Assembly: GCA_048500355.1 (NCBI GenBank)
Contig: JASNYD010000006.1
Span: 224,211 to 288,210, forward strand
DNA length: 64,000 nt
Reading direction: 5' to 3'
DNA from: Kofleriaceae bacterium
GTDB lineage: Bacteria > Myxococcota_A > Polyangia > Haliangiales > Haliangiaceae
The notes beneath the pieces are model-generated. The model ran no database searches and had not been told where the DNA came from. It saw nothing but the letters and a program-made list of their open reading frames with translations. Both the position numbers and the translations under genes were made by a program. This document shows, in pieces, positions 56,142 to 64,000 of this stretch; within the stretch, counting starts at the first letter, position 1, and the number at the start of each line of letters is the position of its first letter.

Positions 56142-57014
56142 CTACCCTTGCGCGTCCACGGCCTGCACCGGGGCGCCGACGAGAATCGGTGCCATCAGGT
56201 CTTCCAGGCGTCGCCGCCGCTCTCCTGCGACGGGCGTCAGCGCCGTCTCGATCGACTCCGTCAGCTGGATGTACGTCAGCTCGCCCACCCGATCGACCCG
56301 GGCCGGCTCGACCTCCGCCTTGACGCGCGCCAGCCCGCCGATGGCCTCGAGGTGGCCGTCGTGGAGGTAGGTCCCCCAGCGCGGATGCCGGGCGTACCTG
56401 CGACCGATGAACTTGAACCACTTGGCCGCGAGGCTGGTCTGCTTCTGGAACCCTGCGGGCAGCCCGAGGTCGACGTCGCCCTGGGGCGTGTCGAGGATCA
56501 GGTTCATGAGCCACGTGTCGCAGATGGCCAGGTCGTACGTTGGCCACGCCCCGAGGATCGCGTGCAGCACACCCAGCTCCGTCACCAGCTCGTGCATCAG
56601 CTCGATCCAGGCAGCGAACGACTTGCCCGGCGGCAGCTCCGCCGATCGACACGTGACTCGCAGCTGGAAGGGCTCGTTCCATTCCTCTCGCGAGCGATCG
56701 AGGTTGAGCATGACGCTGGTGAAGTCGCCGTCCCCCCTCGCACGGTTCATGTCGAGGCGGCTCAGCTTGTCGGACCGCAGCCCCTCCAGGATCGGCGCCG
56801 AGCCATTCTTCCCTCCCACGCGGACCGACCTCCGGTCGTCTCGCTTGTGCAGCCCCGAGTACGACGCCCACCACGGGATCCATGGCCACCGCTTGTCGAC
56901 CAGGAGGTCGGCGACGCGCTGCGCCCGGTCCGGGTCGACCCACACGGCCTTCTCGAAGAACGCCACGAGACCGGCATGAGGAAACTGGCTGTTGATGCTC
57001 GGCTGCCGTGCCAC
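56142..57014 (-). CDS. Trp-rich 290-aa protein, tandem paralog 4 of 4 (putative immunity protein), translationally coupled to upstream gene
   Basis: GTG 8 nt after the TAG stop of the 734-aa gene, which fixes the start codon choice for all copies; a few substitutions (LSRLDM, GDFTSV, FQKQ, AAKWF). Confidence 0.7.
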   Translation of the reverse strand: MARQPSINSQFPHAGLVAFFEKAVWVDPDRAQRVADLLVDKRWPWIPWWASYSGLHKRDDRRSVRVGGKNGSAPILEGLRSDKLSRLDMNRARGDGDFTSVMLNLDRSREEWNEPFQLRVTCRSAELPPGKSFAAWIELMHELVTELGVLHAILGAWPTYDLAICDTWLMNLILDTPQGDVDLGLPAGFQKQTSLAAKWFKFIGRRYARHPRWGTYLHDGHLEAIGGLARVKAEVEPARVDRVGELTYIQLTESIETALTPVAGERRRRLEDLMAPILVGAPVQAVDAQG

Positions 57015-57022
57015 GCGAGATC

Positions 57023-59227
57023 CTACTCCGAGAGGTCGACCACGAAGTCCTTGAACAGCTTCCCCGCCGGCGGACAGTACTCGTAGACGCGCAGCTCCGG
57101 CTTGAGTTCGGCGGTCTGGCTGGCCTCGTCGAAGCAAGGGCGCAACACCTCGAGGTTGCCGGTCAGCTCGTCGCGCCTCTTCTTCCCGCGAAGTGCGTTC
57201 ACGATCTCCCGGATGCCGTCTTCGATCTGCACCTTCCCCAGCTTCCTGGCATCCTCGTTGTTCGGCTTGATCTCGACGACGTAGCAGACGTTCCCGTCCA
57301 CGCGGATGCAGTCGACACGGCGATTGCCATAGGTGAGCTCGCTCCTGGTGCACTTGCTCGAGTCGCCCTGGATGCGCCTGTGCTCCTGCTTGCCGACCTC
57401 GATCTGGGCTCGGACCTCCGGATCGTTGGCGCCGTTGAGCTCGTCGTTCAAGAGGCTCGCGAGGCTGCTGAGCCGACGCTTGACGCTGTCGCGCGCCTTG
57501 GTCGCAGCCTCGCGGATGTCATCGTCCTCGGCCTTCATGAGGCGCTCGGCGTGGCCGATGAGGGCCAGGCCGCTCGTGTTGATGTTCCCCCACTGGGGTC
57601 GGACGCGGTCGCGCATCCGGTCCGCGATCTCTCGTAGCTGCGCGGCGTGGGCGTCACCCTCCGCGTAGTCCCCGGGCGACTCGGGGATCGAGCAGAAGAG
57701 CTGCCGGACGTTCCGCGTGTCCTCGACGTACCAGCGACGGAGCTCCTTGATGCCATCGTCCCACCTCCGCAGCTCCGAGCGGAGCTGCGCCAGGTCGGCG
57801 GTGGCGCCCTTGAGCGCGGCCTGCAGCTGCTCGATCGCGGCCTTGGCGATCGGTCCGTCCTCGCCCATCGCGATCTTCTCGCAGTCCCGCTGCGCGATCT
57901 CGCGCGCCTTCTTCCAGTACTCGAAGGTGCTCTCGGCGGCGGTGCGGTACTTCCCGGTGAGGCTCGACCACTGTCCTTCGGAAGGTGCGAACCGCTGGGT
58001 CTCCGAGCGCGCACGCTCCATCGTCGCATGCTGCTCGTTGGTCTTCGCCAGGCCCGCGATGATCGGCTGAGCAAGAGACTTCGCTTGCAGCTTGATGTGC
58101 TCGATGCCCTTGGTGTCGTTCTTCTCGACGTAGCGGCGAACCAGGTCGGAGAGTCGCTGCGATGCCTCCTGACAGCGCTTGGGGGCGTTGTCGGCGAGGA
58201 ACTGGGCCTCCTTGAGCACGCGGAGCGGCTTCAGGGCCTCCCGCGCGGCGCGGACGTTGTTGCGCCACACCTCGAGCCGGCGCTTGGCCTCCCCGTCGTT
58301 GCCCTTGACGCGGTCGAGCTGTTCGAGGAGGCGGTCGATCTCGTTCAGCTTGCCGTCCGCCCGGGCGATGTCGGAGGCGTCGCTGTCGCCCGCGAGACCA
58401 TCGAGGCTCGACGCCATCTCGCCGAGCTGGCGGTCGAGCTGCTCGTAGACCATCTCGATGCCCCTCTTGCCCTCGTAGAGCTTCCTCATCGCATCCTCGA
58501 CCAGCGGGTTGCGCTCCTCCCGGGCGAGGTTGCCGCAGACGTCGTCGCGCTTCACCTGCTCCGACTGCTTGACGGTGTGCTCGTACATCGTGCGGGCAGA
58601 GGTGACGAGGTTGTTGCGGACGTCGCTCCACCTACCATCGCTGTACGAGAAGTCGTCGGCGCGATCGTACCAGGTGTACATCTCGTTCTTGGTCCGCTCG
58701 GCCTGCTCCATCGCCTCCTTGCCCACTCGGCCAAACTCGCGCGCGAGCTTGGGCACCTCGTCGACGCCGCGCGGGTCCGGACTGTCGGTGTAGGTCTTCA
58801 TCCGCGAGGTCAGCTCGCGCACCGCCTGCTCGCACTTCCTGGGCCACTCATCGACCTTGCGGTGGCCGTTCTTGAGCTCGCGCAGGTAGCCAGCGGCGTC
58901 CTTGTAGCGGCTGGCGATGTCCGGGTAGGACTCGCCCATGCGGCGGGCGTCGGAGTCGTCGTCGGCCTGGTTCTTGAGGTCGCGTGCCTTCTCGGAGACA
59001 CGCCCGGCGTAGTCGATGGTGCGGTCGAGGTCCGACGTGCTCGAGTCACCGGGCACGTCGCGCAGCTCGCTGGCGATATCGGAGAGCAGACGCTCGATCT
59101 CCTCGCGGAGCTGGCGGCGCTTCGACTCATCGGCCCGGACCGGGCCTCCGGACGCCAGCGCCACTACGCCGAGAGCCAAGGCGGCGAGCTGGATGCGGTG
59201 CACACCGCGCTGCTGTCTCTTCGTCAT
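57023..59227 (-). CDS. Sec-secreted 734-aa coiled-coil protein with C-terminal PD-(D/E)xK-like nuclease motif (putative polymorphic toxin / bacteriocin-like effector)
   Basis: ATG 59227 with GGAGG 7 nt upstream; signal peptide MTKRQQRGVHRIQLAALALGVVALASGGPVRA; ~600 aa of charged heptad-like helical sequence; C-terminal ~100 aa with RVDCIRVDGNVCYVVEIKPNN (D...EIK); lower GC than the genome. Confidence 0.75.
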   Translation of the reverse strand: MTKRQQRGVHRIQLAALALGVVALASGGPVRADESKRRQLREEIERLLSDIASELRDVPGDSSTSDLDRTIDYAGRVSEKARDLKNQADDDSDARRMGESYPDIASRYKDAAGYLRELKNGHRKVDEWPRKCEQAVRELTSRMKTYTDSPDPRGVDEVPKLAREFGRVGKEAMEQAERTKNEMYTWYDRADDFSYSDGRWSDVRNNLVTSARTMYEHTVKQSEQVKRDDVCGNLAREERNPLVEDAMRKLYEGKRGIEMVYEQLDRQLGEMASSLDGLAGDSDASDIARADGKLNEIDRLLEQLDRVKGNDGEAKRRLEVWRNNVRAAREALKPLRVLKEAQFLADNAPKRCQEASQRLSDLVRRYVEKNDTKGIEHIKLQAKSLAQPIIAGLAKTNEQHATMERARSETQRFAPSEGQWSSLTGKYRTAAESTFEYWKKAREIAQRDCEKIAMGEDGPIAKAAIEQLQAALKGATADLAQLRSELRRWDDGIKELRRWYVEDTRNVRQLFCSIPESPGDYAEGDAHAAQLREIADRMRDRVRPQWGNINTSGLALIGHAERLMKAEDDDIREAATKARDSVKRRLSSLASLLNDELNGANDPEVRAQIEVGKQEHRRIQGDSSKCTRSELTYGNRRVDCIRVDGNVCYVVEIKPNNEDARKLGKVQIEDGIREIVNALRGKKRRDELTGNLEVLRPCFDEASQTAELKPELRVYEYCPPAGKLFKDFVVDLSE

Positions 59228-59267
59228 CTGGAACCTCCACGCCTCGGTCGAGTAGAAGCACCGCAGC

Positions 59268-59340
59268 TTCTGGTCACTTTATCGCCGAGTTCGACATCTT
59301 GGTCAATCGCCATGACGGCGGTTTGACCGCGTCTGTGACC
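59268..59340 (-). promoter_or_regulatory. nested inverted repeats in the promoter region of the toxin-like operon (possible operator)
   Basis: CTGGTCAC...TTGGTCAA-N16-TTGACC...GTGACC, 40-110 nt upstream of ATG 59227 on the minus strand, in a low-GC noncoding stretch. Confidence 0.25.
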
Positions 59341-59871
59341 TCCTCATTCCGCGGACGAACTTTGCCACCCTGCATGCGCGGGCAAGGTGTCAGAGTCGAG
59401 GGCTATCGCGGCGAGGCGACCGTGCGGAATCTCGATCGCCATCGTGTCGTGGGTGTTCGTCGCCTCGGCGTGCATGGTGTCCTCGACGGGGTTCACGTCG
59501 ACGGACGACGAGCCCGATCGGTTCGTCTGATTCACCGGCCGTCGTTTGGTGTGATGTTCATGAGGCCCGGGCTCACGCACGAGACTACTCGCGAGCTGCC
59601 GCTGGCCGTATGATCAATCCCAGGATCGCCATTGACAGCCCGGTCTGCGAGGTGTCGGTGACGCGGAATCTGGGCCAGCCGGCGGGGACCGAAGGGCCTG
59701 CCCGTGGCGCTGCCGGCGCTGCCCCGCGCCCGCCGCACCACCGACACCGGGCTCGCGCCGGGCCTTGGGCCCACAATTGTCGTCGGTGGGCGACCTTCGC
59801 TGACGAAGAAAGATAGACCGACGCCGGGGCGGAGGCGTCGACAGGGGCACCAACACCTGGAGGCCCCGTCC

Positions 59872-61626
59872 ATGCTGCGTCGACCGATCGCCCGGTTCCT
59901 GTCCCGCTCGCTCCTCATGATGTCGCTGGCCCAGCTCGCCGTGGGCTGTAACCAGCGCGCCGCCGATCGCGCCGGCGCCATCGGCCGCGCCAGCGACACC
60001 GGCGGCACCGCCGCCGGCACCGGGGTCCCCGGTGACACCACGACCGCGGTGGTCGTCGACTCCACCGCGTCCGACCGGCCCGCGGAGGAGCGCCGCAAGG
60101 CCGAGGCCAGCCAGACCACCGCCCCGCACGCGGCGCCGACCGGCGCCACCGGCGTGGGGGCCGGCGGCGCCGCCACCGGAGGCGCGCTCGCGGCGGCGCC
60201 CATGTACCGCGGCGGCAAGGGCCGCGGCGCGCCGGCCGCCGACGGTCAGTCGGGCGAGGGCTACAAGCACTACGGCGCCAACGCCTGGACCGACACCACC
60301 CGCGACCACCTGTCGACCTTCGCCGCCGACGTCGACACCGCCAGCTACACGATCGCCCGCCGCAAGCTGACCGAGGGCAGCCTGCCGCCCGCCGCCGCGG
60401 TCCGGGTCGAGGAGTTCGTCAACTACTTCCGCTACGGCTACCCGGCGCCGACCGGCGGCCAGCCCTTCGCCGTGCACCTGGACGCCGCGCCGTCGCCGTT
60501 CAACCCCGGCCGCCACGTCCTGCGGGTCGGCGTCACCACCCGGACCAAGAGCATCGCCGAGCGCAAGAAGGCCAACCTGGTCTTCCTGGTCGATGTCTCG
60601 GGCTCGATGCACGCGCCCGACAAGCTCGAGCTGGCCAAGCGCTCGCTGCGCATCCTGGTCGACAACCTCAAGGACGGCGACACCGTCGCGCTCGTGACCT
60701 ACGCCGGCTCGACCCGGGTGGTGCTGCCGGCCACCGGCCTCGAGCACAAGGGCCGCATCGTCAGCGCGATCGAGGACCTGACCGCCGGCGGCTCGACCGC
60801 GATGGGCTCGGGCCTCGAGCTGGCCTACCAGGAGGCGATGAAGGGCCTGGGCCCCGACGCCGAGAGCCGCGTGCTGGTGCTGTCCGACGGCGACGCCAAC
60901 GTCGGCGCGACCTCGCACCGCGAGCTCCTCGACCGCATCGCCGGCAAGGTCAAGGAGGGGGTGACCCTGTCGACGATCGGCTTCGGCATGGGCAACTACA
61001 AGGACGAGATGATGGAGCAGCTCGCCAACAAGGGGAACGGCAACAACTACTACATCGACGGCCTGTCGCAGGCGAAGCGGGTCTTCGCCGAGCAGCTCGG
61101 CTCGACGCTCGAGGTCGTGGCCCAGGACGTCAAGCTCCAGGTCGACTTCGATCCCGGCCAGGTCGCGCGCTACCGCCTGGTCGGCTACGAGAACCGCGAC
61201 ATCGCCGACGACAGCTTCCGCGACGACAAGGTCGACGCCGGCGAGATCGGCGCCGGCCACCAGGTGACCGCGCTCTACGAGCTCGAGCTGACCCGCGACG
61301 CCGACAAGCGGCGGCCGCTGGTCACCGTCCGCGTCCGCCACAAGGCGCCCAAGGGCACCCGCGCCGAGGAGGCGGCCTTCGCCTTCGCCCCCGCCAGCCT
61401 CGCCCCGAGCTTCGCCGCCGCCTCCGCCGACCTCCGCTTCGCGTTCGCCACCGCCGCCTTCGCCGACGTCCTGCGCGGCGCCGAGGACGCCGAGCACTGG
61501 AGCCTGGCCGAGATCGGCAAGCTGGCCGCCGCCGCCGCCGGCGACGACGCCGACCGCAAGGAGCTGGTGAGCCTGGTCGAGCGGGCGCGCGCCCTGCGCG
61601 GCGGCCAGGCGACCCTGGCGAGGTAG
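59872..61626 (+). CDS. von Willebrand factor type A domain lipoprotein (YfbK-like vWA/DUF3520 family)
   Basis: Lipobox LAVGCNQ; MIDAS motif DVSGSM...S..T; YfbK-like N-terminal region (VDTASYTI, VRVEEFVNYF). Confidence 0.8.
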   Translation: MLRRPIARFLSRSLLMMSLAQLAVGCNQRAADRAGAIGRASDTGGTAAGTGVPGDTTTAVVVDSTASDRPAEERRKAEASQTTAPHAAPTGATGVGAGGAATGGALAAAPMYRGGKGRGAPAADGQSGEGYKHYGANAWTDTTRDHLSTFAADVDTASYTIARRKLTEGSLPPAAAVRVEEFVNYFRYGYPAPTGGQPFAVHLDAAPSPFNPGRHVLRVGVTTRTKSIAERKKANLVFLVDVSGSMHAPDKLELAKRSLRILVDNLKDGDTVALVTYAGSTRVVLPATGLEHKGRIVSAIEDLTAGGSTAMGSGLELAYQEAMKGLGPDAESRVLVLSDGDANVGATSHRELLDRIAGKVKEGVTLSTIGFGMGNYKDEMMEQLANKGNGNNYYIDGLSQAKRVFAEQLGSTLEVVAQDVKLQVDFDPGQVARYRLVGYENRDIADDSFRDDKVDAGEIGAGHQVTALYELELTRDADKRRPLVTVRVRHKAPKGTRAEEAAFAFAPASLAPSFAAASADLRFAFATAAFADVLRGAEDAEHWSLAEIGKLAAAAAGDDADRKELVSLVERARALRGGQATLAR

Positions 61627-61674
61627 GCGTCCTGCCCCCGCGCCGGCGGCGCCCGCGCGGGGTATGCTCGGCCC

Positions 61675-62838
61675 ATGCGAGCGACTCCCGCGCTCCTCGC
61701 CGCCTGCGTCGCCGCCTGCGGCTTCGACCCGGTGGGAGGCGGCGACGACGACGGCGGCCCCGGCGACGCCCGCGACGCCCCCGGCGACGACGACGCCGAC
61801 CCCGGCGACGGCCCGCCCGCGGTCGACGCCACCGACGGCATGACGGTGGACGCGCGGCCGTCGCGCAAGCGACGCCTCACGATCGACGGCGCCCTCGTCC
61901 TCGGCAACCACACCGACTTCCCGCTGTGGGTCGAGGTCGTCGACCCCGCCGGCCTCGGCGCGCGGGCCCAGGCCGACGGCAGCGACATCTACTTCACGAC
62001 CCCGGGCGGCGTCGTCCTCGTCCACGAGCTGCAGCGCTACGTCAGCGCCGAGGGCCGGCTCGAGGCGTGGGTCAAGCTGCCGACCCTGACCGCGGGGGCG
62101 GCGGCGGCGATCGACCTCCACTACGGCGACCCGGCGCTGGCGCCCGCGCCCACGCCGACCGCGGTGTGGAGCAACGCCTTCCACGCCGTATGGCACCTCG
62201 ACGCCGCGTCGCCGGCCACCCAGCCCGACGCCACCGGCATGCGTAACGCCACCGCCAGCGGCGGGATGAGCGCGACCGACGTCGTCGCCGGCCGGCTGGG
62301 CCGCGGCCTGCGCTTCGACGGCGACGACGATCAGCTCGCGTTCACCAGCGGCTTCCTCGGCGCCGGCCCCCATACGATCTCGGCCTGGGTCGACCAGCGC
62401 GCCACCACCAACAACGACGCCCTGGTCGTCCTCGGCGACCCCGCCTGCTTCCAGTCGCGCTGGCTGCACACCCGGTTCGATCAGGGCACGATCGCCAGCG
62501 GCTTCTACTGCAGCGACTGGCCGAACTCGACCGTGGACATCCAGGGCGACGGCTGGGTGCTGCTGCACTGGGTCTACGACGGCAACACCTCCGGCGCGCT
62601 GTTCGTCGATGGCGTGCGCGTCGCCGGTCCGTTCACGTACCCCAGCGCGGCGGTCACGGTGGGCACCGACGGCTACATCGGGAACGCGCCGTCCGGGTTC
62701 GGCCAGAACATGGGCCTGAACGCGACGCTCGACGAGGTGCGCCTCGCGCGCGCCGCGCGGTCGGCGGGGTGGATCGCGACCGAGTACGCCAACCAGAGCT
62801 CGCCGGCCACCTTCTACACCCTCGGCCCCGAGGAGTAG
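61675..62838 (+). CDS. DUF2341 + LamG (concanavalin-A-like lectin) domain lipoprotein
   Basis: Lipobox VAACGFD; DUF2341 signature (RRLTIDGALVLGNHTDFPLWVEV...IYFT); LamG-like C-terminus (LDEVRLA). Confidence 0.75.
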   Translation: MRATPALLAACVAACGFDPVGGGDDDGGPGDARDAPGDDDADPGDGPPAVDATDGMTVDARPSRKRRLTIDGALVLGNHTDFPLWVEVVDPAGLGARAQADGSDIYFTTPGGVVLVHELQRYVSAEGRLEAWVKLPTLTAGAAAAIDLHYGDPALAPAPTPTAVWSNAFHAVWHLDAASPATQPDATGMRNATASGGMSATDVVAGRLGRGLRFDGDDDQLAFTSGFLGAGPHTISAWVDQRATTNNDALVVLGDPACFQSRWLHTRFDQGTIASGFYCSDWPNSTVDIQGDGWVLLHWVYDGNTSGALFVDGVRVAGPFTYPSAAVTVGTDGYIGNAPSGFGQNMGLNATLDEVRLARAARSAGWIATEYANQSSPATFYTLGPEE

Positions 62839-62844
62839 GCGGGC

Positions 62845-64000
62845 TCACGGGGCGCGGCGGCGCAAGCCGACGCCCAGGGCGAGGGCGAGCGCGACCCAGG
62901 CGGCGGCCAGGGGCACGGCGATGGCGGCGGCGGCGATCCCGGCCACGGCCAGGCCGCGGAAGAGCCAGGCCGAGGCGAAGTCGCCGAAGCGGTAGACCAG
63001 GGTGTCGATCAGGTTCTTGGCCTTGTACTTGTCCTCGCGCGAGACGGCGGTGAACAGGAGCTCGCGCGCCGGCCGGGACAGGGCGTGGGTCGCGGCGCGG
63101 CTGCCCGCCGACACCGCGGTCGCCACGCCCAGGGTCGGCGACGCCCCGAGGGCCAGCGCGCCCGCGCCCTGGGCCACGGGCAGGATCGCCAGCACCACGC
63201 CGGCGCCGAGCCAGCGCAGGAGCCGCGCGGTGAGGAGGCCCTGGATCAGGATCGTCGCCGCCCCGGTCCACAGCTCGACCTCGGCGAAGAACGCGGTGCG
63301 GGCCGCGCGGTCGGGGAGCGCCGCCTTCACGATCTCGGCCTGGCGCAGGTAGACGAACGTGGCGAGGCAGGCCGCGCACAGGGCGTAGGCGGCGATGCCG
63401 AGCAGGTAGGGCGAGCGGGCGACGCCGGCGAACCCGCCCAGGGCGTGGCCGCCGACCGGCGCGTCCTCCACCGCCGGCGCCGCCGGCGCCGCCGACGCGG
63501 CCGGAGCGGCCGACGACAGGCGGCGCGCCGCGCGGTCGAGCGCGCGCGCGCTCCACACCGCGGCCTCGAGCGTGAGCGCGCCCAGCACCAGGAGCGCCGC
63601 CGGCTCGACGTGCTCGACGAGCAGCCGGGTCAGCGCCGGCCCGGCCAGCGCCCCGGCGGTGCCGCCGGCGGCGATGGGGCCGAACAGGCGCCGCCCCTGC
63701 TCGGGGCGGGAGAGGTCGGCGCACAGGCTCCAGAACACCGACACCACGAACAGGTTGAAGACCGACAGCCAGACGTAGAAGACGCGGCCGACCGCGACCG
63801 GCGCCACCTCGCGCTCGACGAGCAACGCGAACCCCAGGAGCTGGAGCGCGAAGGCGCGGTAGACCAGCGGCACGAAGCGCCCCCGCGGCAGCCGCGCCAC
63901 CAGCGCCCCCCACGGCGGCGCGACGGCGATCATCACGATGAAGGTCGCGGTGAACAGCCACGGGATGAACGCCGGGTCGCCGTCGAGGACCAGGGCGTCG
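62845..64000 (-). CDS. MFS/TLC-like polytopic membrane transporter (C-terminal part; gene starts beyond window end)
   Basis: Frame is open to nt 64000 (DALVLDGDPAFIPWLFTATFIVMIAV...); >=10 TM segments; stop at 62845. Confidence 0.6.
   Translation of the reverse strand, partial: DALVLDGDPAFIPWLFTATFIVMIAVAPPWGALVARLPRGRFVPLVYRAFALQLLGFALLVEREVAPVAVGRVFYVWLSVFNLFVVSVFWSLCADLSRPEQGRRLFGPIAAGGTAGALAGPALTRLLVEHVEPAALLVLGALTLEAAVWSARALDRAARRLSSAAPAASAAPAAPAVEDAPVGGHALGGFAGVARSPYLLGIAAYALCAACLATFVYLRQAEIVKAALPDRAARTAFFAEVELWTGAATILIQGLLTARLLRWLGAGVVLAILPVAQGAGALALGASPTLGVATAVSAGSRAATHALSRPARELLFTAVSREDKYKAKNLIDTLVYRFGDFASAWLFRGLAVAGIAAAAIAVPLAAAWVALALALGVGLRRRAP

Larger units (their letters stand above)
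52338..57025 (-). repeat. tandem array of four ~1.22-kb direct repeat units (periods 1219, 1228, 1219 nt), ~99% identical, each = 290-aa CDS + ~346-nt spacer
   Basis: Unit stops at 52476, 53695, 54923, 56142; each spacer begins with the identical 3' end of the upstream 734-aa gene (GTGGTCGACCTCTCGGAGTAG + 8 nt + GTG); 9-nt indel in the third spacer (~54745); the copy at 54923-55795 carries a diverged patch at ~55440-55555. Confidence 0.9.

Noticed and set aside
52338-57025. Possible CRISPR array or IS element
   Set aside because: Repeat units are 1.2 kb and protein-coding, not 25-40-bp repeats with unique spacers. No terminal inverted repeats or transposase. Classified as a tandem gene duplication.
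52103-57086. Multiple 400-430-aa Arg/Pro/Gly-rich ORFs on both strands across the tandem array (e.g. 53326-54609 +, 54576-55844 -)
   Set aside because: Repeated identically in each unit but with junk composition. The Trp/Phe/Tyr-containing minus-strand frame starting at the conserved GTG is the only protein-like reading.
59344-59580. 78-aa minus-strand ORF in the toxin operon leader
   Set aside because: Short, no RBS or homology, and lies in the AT-richer noncoding leader. More likely regulatory sequence.

Overview
This is a high-GC (~70%) bacterial chromosomal segment. It looks myxobacterial (Myxococcota) in character, judging from its many lipobox lipoproteins, a Myxococcus cysteine-rich repeat, two DUF2341 proteins (one carrying that repeat) and Ser/Thr kinases with TPR tails. 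I call about 50 protein-coding genes and no rRNA, tRNA, CRISPR array, transposase or integrase. The high GC produces many long spurious ORFs, including giant antisense or alternative-frame ones, and these were discounted.

Most of the window is ordinary housekeeping or accessory metabolism:
- a sigma-54 enhancer-binding protein next to a c-type cytochrome operon;
- a divergent Lrp / methionine gamma-lyase pair, ADP-forming acetyl-CoA synthetase, glutamate dehydrogenase, a TetR-regulated SDR, an ABC1 kinase, an NCS1 permease and a VanX-like dipeptidase;
- a ClC channel, OsmC, and a dimethylglycine-dehydrogenase-like enzyme;
- a phosphate (Pho) cluster made of a PhoB/PhoR-like two-component system, a class-III alcohol dehydrogenase, pstSCAB and two tandem phosphate-porin-like paralogs.

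The standout feature is a compositionally distinct island of lower GC at ~51.7-59.9 kb. It holds a 734-aa Sec-secreted coiled-coil protein whose C-terminus carries a PD-(D/E)xK-like nuclease motif. Tightly coupled to it, 8 nt downstream, are four tandem ~1.22-kb repeat units that are ~99% identical. Each unit encodes a 290-aa Trp-rich protein of unrecognised family and keeps the last ~23 nt of the upstream gene. I read this as a candidate undescribed polymorphic toxin / expanded immunity-gene array. One unit carries a mosaic diverged patch consistent with gene conversion.

Coordinates may be off by +/-1-2 nt in places because they were counted by hand.
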